A stretch of 64,000 nucleotides of DNA, taken from assembly GCF_001447785.1 (NCBI RefSeq), contig NW_015163100.1:679408-743407 (forward strand), read 5' to 3'. This stretch comes from Gekko japonicus (lineage: Eukaryota). The notes beneath the pieces are model-generated. The model was given only the letters and a program-made list of their open reading frames with translations. It was not told the DNA's origin and did not search any database. The position numbers were made by a program, and so were the translations under genes. Below are positions 54,101 through 64,000 of this stretch, piece after piece. Positions within the stretch are counted from its first letter, which is position 1. Each line of letters starts with the position of its first letter.

Positions 54101-54426
54101 ACTGAAGGTGTTTCTGGCTTCAAGGAACCAGCTGCTTTAATACACGGCAGTTGCTCCCAGTGAGATGCAGCTATGAGAAGGGGTGTGTGTGTGCAGCTCT
54201 GAGTCTCTCCGGCCCACTGAAAACCACCATCCTTTGTGTGCCTCTGCAGGTAAAGATTAACATGGGGGTGACAACCCCAGAGCACCTGGGCCCGGGCTAT
54301 GTGAACCATCTGGAAGTGGGCGAGGCTGTGGCCTCCCTGGTGGAGAAGAGGCGTGTCTCCCACGCGGTGCTGACTGCTAGCTCGCCTGCCGACCTCAAGA
54401 CCCTCACTGTGGAAGGGAAATTGTGA
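51123..54426 (+). CDS. Uncharacterised atypical short-chain dehydrogenase/reductase-fold protein, 243 aa; exons 51123-51207, 51633-51740, 52786-52925, 53167-53263, 53521-53645, 54250-54426
   Basis: Six exons (85+108+140+97+125+177 = 732 nt) with GT/AG ends and matching phases give one open frame: MSVSERVAVVLGGAGTVGSGIVKSLLEKGFQVAVISRD...LVGDVGSEEG...VTDVVSCLGFSWWQEG...YTLITGGAGERLLLPGTGFLTLGAAGALAF...EGKL*. GxxGxxG Rossmann motif; AATAAA at 54820. Confidence 0.92.
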
Positions 54427-54819
54427 GGTGGCGCCCCCAGGAGGGCCCTGCAGCAGCACCCACCTGCCTGACCCTCCCTAGGACCCTCTTGATTTCCAGA
54501 AAACAAGCGTGGTTGGGTCTCTTTCTGCTCAAGATGCCACCAGTGCCGGCCAGGCAAATTTACCTTCAAATGACAGCTGGGTTTCACTTGCACCTGGGTG
54601 GAACCATTCCTTTCTGGCTTGCCCTAGCCCTGAGCAATGCATGGTACTCCCAGGCCTACCCCAGACACTAGAGAACTTCTCCCCCCCCCCACACCGGTTG
54701 TGCCCTGTTCCAGGGCTGCTGCAGGCTGTGGCCCCTTAAGACTGGATGAGGCAGGATCCCTTGATCGTCATTGTGTAGGGCCTACTCAGTTCCCCTGGTC
54801 ATGTTGTTCTGCACCACTG

Positions 54820-54825
54820 AATAAA
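54820..54825 (+). terminator. Candidate polyadenylation signal of the SDR-like gene
   Basis: AATAAA about 400 nt after TGA 54426. Confidence 0.55.
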
Positions 54826-55044
54826 CATTTCCAGATATTGACTAGAACCCCTGCAATGCTCTCTTGTGACTTTTTTCAGAGCAGGCTGGGAACTGCTGGG
54901 GGGTGGGGGGAGCATCTGCAGGTGACATTTCAGGGGCAAGAAGAGGGGAGTGTTGGCACTGGGCTGCAGCTTGGAGGAGCCTGACCACCCTCACCCAGAC
55001 TAGGCACTGTGGCAGTGATGCACACCTGCAGCAACCATTGTCTG

Positions 55045-55478
55045 AAGAGGGTTGGAGTCCCAGTCTTACGAGGAAAGGCTGAAAGAGCTGGGTCTGTTTA
55101 GCCTGGGAAAGAGAAGGCTTAGAGGGGACAGGATTGCAGTCTTCAAGTATTTGAAGGGCTGTCATGTAGAAGATGGAGCGGATCTATTCTCTTCTGCTCC
55201 GGATTGCAAGAGTAGATCTAATAGGTGGACATTACCAGGGAGTCGATACCGGCTCAATATCAGGAGAAACTTCCTGACTGTAAGAGTGGTTGAGCAGTGG
55301 AACAGTCTGCCTCGGGAGGTGGTGGAGGCTCCTTCGCTGGAAATTTTCAAGCGGAGGCTGGACGGCCATCTTTTGGGTATGTTGTAGGGCTATCTTTCGG
55401 CTGTGCTCCTGCAGAGTGCAGGGGGTGGGGCTAGATGACCTGCAAGGTCCCTTCCCACTCTAACATTCTATGATTCTA
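55045..55478 (+). mobile_element. CR1 LINE 3' end
   Basis: SYEERLKELGLFSLGKRRLRGD...RNFLTVRVVEQWNSLPREVV; tail attctatgattct. Degenerate relatives at about 15690-15880 (-) and 61960-62330. Confidence 0.9.
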
Positions 55479-58400
55479 AGTGAGCAGTGACTCATGAAAG
55501 CTCCCCCCCCTGCCACAAATTTTGTTAAGTCTTTCAGGTGCTGCTGGACTCTTGCTCTTTTCTACTACTACAGCATGGACTCATACGGCTAGCCATCCTG
55601 ATCTGTCTACAGGAACCTGTTCCAGTCACTCTGGGGGCAGCACAGGTAGCCGGGGAAATGCAGCAGGTCTGGAGAACGTTTCTCATCCCAGGCTACCTGT
55701 CTGGATCCCCAGCCCTTGACCCTTGCCCTCCTCCCCAGGAAGGTACGTGCTTTTGGACAGGGAAGAGTGCAAGAATGAGAAACATTCCAGCCCCGGAGCA
55801 GGTGGGCCAGGCAGGAGAGTAAATGCTGAACTATTTCTACGAGACGGGGGGGGGGGGGGGACCGACAAAGAGGGGGCCCCCTTCTTCNNNNNNNNNNNNN
55901 NNNNNNNNNNNNNNNNNNNNNNCATTCAGGGTTATTTTTGGGCAGGAACGCACAGCAACGGAGTTCCAGCTGGCTCCTGAGTTGGCCACACCCAGCAGGA
56001 ACTCATTAGCATAATAGGCCACACCCAACAGCAGAAACTCATTAGGATTGGCTACATTCGGGGTGTGTGGCCTAACATGCAAAGGAGTCCCTGCTACAAA
56101 AAAAGCCCTGAGTTTTGACAACAAGGTAAACAGAATAACAAGCAAAAGGTGGGTGTGGCTAATGACCACACTTCTGGTGACATGGGGGTGTGGCCTAATA
56201 TGCTAATGTGCTGTGCTGTCAGGGTGTGTGCTAATGAGTTCCTGCTGTTGGGTGTGGCCTGTTATGCTAATGAGTTCCTGCTGGGCTTTTTCTACAAAAA
56301 AATCCCTGCCGTCATTCATGTACATGGCGTGTTTGGAGGCTATTGGGGGTGGGGGTCCACTGGCAGCCAAGAGATCTCCAGTGCGGTGGAGTGGTCAGAG
56401 GGTCAGACCAGGATCTAGGATATCCTGGTTCAAATCCTCACTCTGCCCTAGACTTTGGGCCAGTTACATCCTCTCAGCCTCACCTACCTCACAGGGTTAG
56501 GTCCAGTGTTCCCTCTAAGCTGAGTCAGTGTGAGCTAGCTCACAGTTTTTTCACCTCCGGCTCACACATTTTTCTTGGCTCAGGAAGGATGGCTCCAGAG
56601 CAAACTAGTTCATGCCGTAGCCAAATCGCTTGCTCACAACTTCAATGCCAGCAGCTCACAAAGTAGAATTTTTGCTCACGAGACTCCACGGAGGCTTAGA
56701 AGGAGCCTGGGCGAGGTCCCCATTGGGGAGAAAGGCAGGGCATCAATTGCATAAATATAAACAGATGTCACGGTTCTTCCTCTTCAAGACCCGCCCCTGC
56801 AGCTGCTTTCTTGGTTTTATCTTTTTAAAAACACTTCATTCCAGGCAAGCAGTCTTCCAGCTCCAGCCTCTGGCTTGACCTGCCCTCTGATCCTTCCTCT
56901 TCCAAGCCCCACAAGTGCTCCATTTCCTCCTCCCCGTTTCCCTCTTCAGCTCTGCAGCCACTGCCCATTAGGCTGCCGTGGGCCCTGCTTGTCTCTCTCG
57001 CAAGGAGGCTTGGCAGTGGAGTGGGTTGGGCAGGTGGCAAGACACTGAAAACAAACCAGGCCTGGCCCTGACAGAGGCTTGGCCGTGGGGGCTGCAAAGG
57101 TTTCCGCCAAAGAGGTGTGTGGAAGGGTCACAGCAACGATTGTCAGGAATGCTCCAAGGTGGGGCTCCCGACAGGCACACGGGCCAGCACCTTCGAGGAA
57201 TGGTTTCCAAAAATATGACTGACCGGCTTTCTTGTAAGGATCGGGCTCCTCGAGCTTATACCGCCTTCAGGGGGAAAGGGGGCAGCTGGCAGAAAAGCCT
57301 TTTCCTCCCCCCAGCCCCACATTCCAACAGTGCCGCTCCTGGAGCAGAGTGAAGCGGAGCAAGGGGAAGAGCTCAGGAGGATACGGGTGTCGAAGGGGTC
57401 AGGCAGGGAGTGCCAGAGGACACACACGGCAGCCTCTGGCCCTTCACCTCTTCCCAGAAGGGGCCGGCAGCGGATCCTGCTTCCCAGCTCTGCCGAGTCT
57501 GGGCACATGGGCCCCGTTCCTTCCCCCACTGTGGCCCCTCCCCAGACTCAANNNNNNNNNNNNNNNNNNNNNNNNNNNNNNNNNNNNNNNCTCGACGGCA
57601 GCGCCAAGACGCTTCCAGCAGCATCACACATTCATTCAGTGTGGACAAGGTCCTTTTTTAATCTTTGATTTTCAGCAGATGATGCACATTCTCACTAGGA
57701 TACCCCACAACCACCGCAAATCCAGTCACCATCTTCAGCAGTTGTTGACCAAGCAGCAGCTGTAGCCGGTCCAGAGTTTCAGAGCGGCTGAACAGAGAGC
57801 AGCACGCCCTGCCTCGGGTTAGTGTCTGTACATTTTCCCCCTCATCCACACAGTTGGGAGAGCCAGCGCGGTGCAGCGGTTATGGTGTCAGATGCGGATC
57901 CGTGACGGTCCACTTCAGAGCCCCACACTGCCGGGGCAGCTTGCCGGGTGACCTTGGGCCAGTCCCAGACACTTTGCCTAACCTACCTCACAGGAGGAGC
58001 GGAGACCGTTGGGTCCCCACGGGGAAGAAAAGGTGTGGGGGGGACCAAGAAAGCCAATAAATAAATAAAAGTGTTGCCGGCTGAACCAGCCGTCTCCCAT
58101 CTAGCTCTAGGATTCCCACGGACGACTCCCCGTGTCAGGACCACTGCTCCACAGGGGCCCCAGTGGATGGCAGCAGGAGGGCTGGGGGGGCGACTGCCCC
58201 CACCACCCAAAGCCCTTGATGATTCTTCCTATGCGTACGGGGGGAGTGGGCCATGCACGTGGGAGCAAGTGAGGCATGGAGGTTTTGGGTTTGGGGTGAA
58301 CACTGCAGGTTCCCCTTGGTCAAGTCAAGGGGGACAAGCAGACAAGCGTCCCGCCTCCCCTCCCGCTCGCTGGTGCAGCAGTAACAGGAAGCAACAAATC

Positions 58401-58726
58401 AGCAGCAGTCCCAGGCTCAGGTAAAGCAGCTCTTGAAGCCAAGGGAGGGCCGCCCCCCCCCCGTCTCCCCTCTTCCAGGAAGACGCTCCTCGTCGCATCT
58501 GAGTCAGCACAGAGTGTGCAGGACCACTCCTCAAGTAGTGCACAGGATCTGGGGGAGGGGAGGCTGTCAGTTGAGTCTGGGGGTGTGTGTGTGGGGGGGT
58601 TACAATAAGGGCCGCCAGCAGCCCTTGCGACTCACGTGGGGGCGAGGAGCACAGAGGCAGAAGTGGGCCGAGACAGAAAAAGGTGCTTTGGCGACAAGGG
58701 CGCGTGGGAGGGAGGGAGGGGCTTGG

Positions 58727-61700
58727 CTACTTGCCGAGGGCCAGCCCGTGCAGGGATTCCACGTAGGAGAGGGCGCTCTGCAGAGAGGTCAAGCAGTAGC
58801 CTTCCTCACCAATCAGGTACCTGCCACGGGAACAAGAGAGACCGCTGTCAGTGCTGCAGGGGAGGGGGGGTTCCTGCTTCCCCCTCCGGCAGAGCCTTGT
58901 AACGAAGATGGATGCTTCCGGCAGCTGCTGCCTGAGAAGACACTAAATACAACGGGACCACGGAGATACTAAGTACAATAACAAAAACAAAATGCCCCAT
59001 GGAGAGAACATATTGCTCCGGGTCAAATACCACTACAGTGTTACTTAAAGGCATGTGTCTCAAACATAACCGCTTTGCCGTAAGGAGTGTAACGAGCCCT
59101 TGTGGGAGCATGATAAGGCATGCAAAGTGTGTAAACTGTGTGGTTCCATATGAATATACTGGCTCTGAAGAAGCAGAATCGAAACTCTCGGCCGACAGGA
59201 GACGTCAGCCCCGTTTCTCGGCCTCCCTGCAGACCTGAAAGTTTGAAATGAAGAAACAGCGAAGAAGATTACCGTGTTTTCAAGAACTGTACGCAGCCCA
59301 TTTACTGGTCTTGCTTTAGGAAGGCTTCTTTATACTTCTGTATTTGTTTCATAGTGCTTTAATCAGCAATAAGTACGTGTGGATCATACTAAAAGATTTA
59401 CTGTTTAATCTCCATGCATGATTTTCTCATTTATTATGTTTGAGACATATGCCTTTAAGTAACACTTTAGTGGCATTTGACCTTGAGCAATACAGTCTCT
59501 CCACACTGCCTGAGAAAAGGCAGTGAGGCCAAAGCCTCCCTTTGGCCCTCCTGACGGCTAGATTCCCGGCAGGCAGCGGACAAGGCTGGTTGTTCAAAGC
59601 ATTGAAGAAAAGGGGTGGGGGAGGGGGCAGTGGACGCCCTGAAAGGCTGCAGAGGGGATGCCCCGCGGGACCGGAGGCAGAGACAGGTGAGGCTCGGCCG
59701 ACAAGGCTTCAGTGCCCTCCAGAGAGGGGGGTACTTAATTTGGAGAGCTGCAGGCATGAAGCGGGCTGGCTCTTCCCGGTAAGCAAGCAGCTCTTGCGCA
59801 TGCAGGGCTGCAAGGAAAGGCTTCCAGGAAGAACTCGGCCAGAGCACGGCCAGGAAGAGGTGGACCCGATCCGGAGCTGTTCTCCAAGGCGGCTGCAGAA
59901 GCCACTCAAGGGCTGCCCCCGACTCCAGCCCGTCTTGCTGCCGAGCTGCCGTCCCCACGCCTGTTTTGTCAGATTAAGTCTCGCCCGCCTCCTGCGCTGG
60001 GTCTCGCTCAGACGCCTTCGGGGGCAGGCCGCCTAAGTGAAGCTGAGAGGATGAGATGGCAGGGCACGTAACGCCCTTCCCCCCACCCCTGCAGGCAAAT
60101 CGGGGAGCTCTGCCGTGGCCCTGGTGCTGTCCTTGTCCGTCTTCAGCCAACTGGAGGAAGAAAGGCTGAGGGCACCAGAGATCTGTGGGTGGGGAAAGGG
60201 GGGCCAGACCTCCCCCCCACAAGACACACTCCTCCTTCAGGACTCCACCGCAAGCCGGGTGTGTTCGGGAAGAAGATAGCTGATACCCTGCCCCTCCCCC
60301 CTGCTCCATGAAGGAGAGGCAAGAGGCAAGAGCCCCCCCGCCCCCCCCCCCAAGCCGGCTGGGAGATTCCAGGGGCGGGCTCTGCGCCTACAAAAGTCTC
60401 ATCCGGTTCCCAGCAAAGTCGGTGACAGGCTCCCAACAGAGATTCATCCCACAGCAGGGTGGGGGGGGGGGGGTAGATGCCACTGGTTTCAATGAAATCC
60501 GTTTCCAAGAGCACACGCAGAAGGTTTGCAGCGACAGTTTGATTCTGTTCGCACCCTAAGCTCTGCATGTATACCGCAGCCCTATCTGGACCAGTACTCC
60601 CTCTAAGCTGAGTTAGTGTGCGCTAGCTGACATTTTTTTAGCCTTCAGCTCAGACATTTTTGTGTTAGCTCAGGAAGGATGGCTCCAGAGCAGGCTAATC
60701 TGTGCAGTAGCCATATCACTTGCTCACAACTTTGATGCCAGTAGTTCACAAAGTAGAATTCTTGCTCACAGGATTCTACAGCTTAGAGAGAACATTGGTC
60801 AGGGAAGGCGCCTGCAACTTGACACGCCGCCACTGCCACTGGACACTGCTGCCGGGTTCCAAGCAGAAAGACCGTGCCACTGCCGCGTGGTCTACGCCCC
60901 CAAGGGCTTCAAACGAATCCCCTGATTTCTGAGCAGGATGGCCTTGTTTTTGCCTCCTTCATTGACAAAGAAGCCCCCCCCAAGGCTGCTGACAGCCCCC
61001 TCCCCCCCTTCCCTNNNNNNNNNNNNNNNNNNNNNNNNNTTCCCTGCCTCCCCCCCCCCGCCTACCCTTCATGGATGAACTCCTCCAAGGCGGCGCACTC
61101 CGACACCAGCTGGGGCAGGTTGCTCTTCAGCACCACGTAAGACAGGATGGGAAGCAGGTCGTCGGCTCCGCTGCGGGGAGAAGGCGAAACTGACGCTGCG
61201 CGGCGCTGCAAAGGCCCCGTGCAGCACGAGATCGTGGCCGGACCAGACAAAGACTCCAGCCAGAGACAAGGAGGAGCTGCCTTCCCAAACTGGCAGCCCA
61301 AAGGAAGGGCTCTGGCTTCGCCCGCACGGAGGTGGCCAAAAGAGACACCTCAGGAAAGCAGAGCCCAAGGAGGGGAGCTGGGGAGAGGGAAAGGGGCTCC
61401 CGCAGTGGGAAGGGCTGGCCTGCTCAAGTGCTCCGTGTCCAAGCCGCCTTTGGGCTGCCCACCACTCCTGCTGGCCAAGGACCAGAGGGCCAAGGGGACT
61501 CTGAGGCAAGAGGCCGCAGCGGCCTGGCTGCCGAGCCCCGGGAGGTAGACCGATGGAGGCTCTCCCCCTCCCCGGCAAGGAGCCCGGCTTCTCAGAGGGG
61601 TTCCTCACTCACTCCACCGCCTGCCTCGCCTTCGCCCTCTGCCCTAGCCTCCAGGCCACCTCGCTCTCCCTGCCTCCATCCTTTTGACAGGCCACGCGTC

Positions 61701-62751
61701 CAGCTCCCCACCCCCCACCCCCACGAGCGCTGCTTCGCTGGGAGGGGCTCTGCTCCCCCTGCTTGGGGCTGTGTCTCTGGGAGAGAGCCCCAGCCCGAGG
61801 AGGAGGGGAAGGCCCTGCGTCAGCAACCAGCCCCCACGCTCTGGGCCGACACAGCGGGGAGTCCTCCTGTCAGAAGGGATCCATCAAGGCCAAGCGCCTC
61901 GCTGGGGGCCTCCTCGCCAGGCAGAGAGCGGGACTCTCTGGAGACCCAGCCGGACAGGGAAAGGCGGAGGGACTTGGGAAGGTCCAGTCTGGAGGAGAGG
62001 AGGTTGAGGTGGGACAAGATGGCTCTCTTGAAGTGTCTGAAGGGCTGCGTCACTCAGAGGAGGGCAGGGAGCTGTTCCTGTGGGCAGCGGAGGAGAGGAC
62101 TCGCAAACATGGGTCTAAATTAAGGGTGGGGAGGGTACCGGCTGGATATTTACAGTAAGGGTTGTGCAACAGCGGAATCGGCTGCCCAGGGAGGTGGTGA
62201 GCTCCCCCTCCCTGGCAGTCTTTCAGCAGCAGCTGGACAAACCCTGGTCAGGGATGCTCTGGGCTGATCCTGCATTGAGCCGGGGGTGGGACTAGACGGC
62301 CTCTAGGAACCCTCCCAACTCTGTGATTCCACTCTACTCTACGGCTTGCTTAGCCACCAGGGATAGATAGGAACTCTCGGTCTGGGGCAAGGGATGCTCT
62401 GTCTTCTTGGTGCCGGGGGGGGGGCAACAGTGGGAGGGCTTCTGGTGTCCCAGCCCCACTGCTGGACCTCCTGGTGACCCCTGGTATTTTTGGCCACTGT
62501 GTGACACAGAGAATGTTGGACTGGATGGGCCTTTGGCCTGATCCAACATTGGCATCTCTTATGTTCTGCTGAAAAGGAAAAGCTGCCCCCCCCCACGCTC
62601 CATAAAGCACCAGACATCCCTCCCCATACACCGTTTATGCCGTGGGGGCTGTGGTACTCTACTCACATGGCCGCTGAGGCTGGTTGGGCCTTGCCTTCTC
62701 GGCTGCCCCAGTATTCTTCTGCACATTCACAGATGACGCGCAAGGCCCGCA
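58727..62751 (-). CDS. VPS9D1: VPS9 domain-containing 1, last three coding exons 62751-62667, 61170-61066, 58820-58727
   Basis: (V)[14 protein letters not shown]..., [66 protein letters not shown]; VPS9 GEF motifs GADDLLP and GEEGYCLT. Upstream exons lie beyond the window. Confidence 0.95.
58939..59505. mobile_element. Inverted-repeat (Penelope-like) insertion with internal hammerhead-like motif
   Basis: Arms 59000-59069 and 59434-59503; 11-bp TSD ctgcctgagaa at 58928 and 59506. Confidence 0.8.
59161..59210 (+). ncRNA. Candidate type I hammerhead ribozyme
   Basis: GGCU-CUGAAGA-agcagaauc-GAAAC-ucuc...gaga-c-GUC-AGCC: intact core, stem I GGCU/AGCC, stem III present, stem II reduced to about one pair. 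Confidence 0.45.
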
Positions 62752-64000
62752 CTGCAAAGGAGGGAAACACACGGGGTGATGGGGGGCGGGGGGGGGACTT
62801 CGCAAGACGAACCAGTGGCTTTGCTCCCGGGAACAGCGTCTGGCTCCCGGAACCCCCGCCCCAATCCACACGGCTCCCTCCACACCACAGGGATGGGAAC
62901 TGCTCCCACGTGTCTCCTGCTCAGCCCACTGCTGAAGGCAGACAGCCGGTCTGCAGCCCGTGAAGCAAGGCGTCTCCTCACAGAGAATGAAGGAAGGGGG
63001 AGGCTTGGGGAGGCCTGTAGTTTGCTGTGCGGCTGCTGGACCCAAGCCCACCCCGGCGGGAAAGGCACAAACCTCCACCCTGCCGAGTGGATGCCCCCAA
63101 ACTGACTTCTTGGAGAGAGGGCAGGCAGGTTGCAGCTCATGGCCATGCAGGGAGCACCTGAATCGCGGGCTCTGGCAGCCAGGGAGGCCGGGGGAGGGGG
63201 TGACAGCAGGCAGGGATTGCCAGCGACAGGCAGCCGTCGGTGGACACACAAACCCTTCTGCTGCATGGAAAATTTTTAAGCATTTATCCCTGCCTGGGTT
63301 CTCCACCCACAGGGCTCCCTTCTCCAACATTCTCTTCCGTTGTTGAGGAGGCCCGGAGAGGGGGCGGACACAAGAAGCTGCCTTGCGCTGAATCAGACCA
63401 CCAGTTCATCAAAGTCACTGTTGTTTACGCAGACAACTGCTGGCAGCGGCTCGCCAAGGTCTCAGTCAGAGATTTTTTCCAGTAACTCGTGGGCACTCCA
63501 TGAAATTGCTGAGCAGTCGGGTTAGAACAGATAAAAGGAAGTACTTCTTCACCCAAAGAGTGATTAACACTTGGAATTCACTGCCACAGGAAGTGGTGGC
63601 GGCTACAAGTATGGACGGCTTCAAAAGGGAATTAGATAGGCATATGGAGCAGAAGTCCGTCTGTGATTCCACTCTACTCTACGGCTTGCTTAGCCACCAG
63701 GGATAGATAGGAACTCTCGGTCTGGGGCAAGGGATGCTCTGTCTTCTTGGTGCTTGGGGGGGGGCAACAGTGGGAGGGCTTCCAGTGTCCTGGCCCCACT
63801 GCTGGACCTCCTGATGGCACTGGTATTTCTGGCCACTGTGTGATACAGAGTGTTGGACTGGAGGGGCCTTTGGCCTGATCCAACATTGGCATCTCTTATG
63901 TTCTTATGTACCTATTACCCTATTCGTTAACGGGAGATGCCAAGGATTGAACCTGGGACCTTCCGCTTGCTAAGCAGAGGCTCTTCCACTGCCCCACAGC

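Overview
Vertebrate genomic DNA, most likely a gecko or other squamate (Sauria SINEs, squamate tRNA-SINEs, CR1/L2/Penelope-like elements, hAT MITEs), from a gapped draft assembly with six N-runs. The window matches the block known from human 16q24.3: DPEP1 (+, last 6 coding exons), CHMP1A (-, exons 2-7), SPATA33 (+), CDK10 (+, 13 exons), SPATA2L (-) and VPS9D1 (-, last 3 exons). Between SPATA2L and VPS9D1 lies an extra intact six-exon gene (51123-54426, 243 aa) with an SDR/Rossmann fold but no catalytic YxxxK; I know of no coding gene at this position in human. Other notable points: a 39-nt duplication with a TAG cuts the GPI signal off DPEP1; CDK10 exon 3 breaks off into a CR1 element just before the catalytic lysine (both may be assembly errors); four TSD-flanked inverted-repeat insertions share a Penelope-like architecture; three hammerhead-ribozyme-like motifs all lie antisense to their host genes; RFX X-box-like motifs cluster around SPATA33/CDK10. 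Gene identities come from recalled protein similarity plus splice-phase consistency checked by eye; no database search was run.
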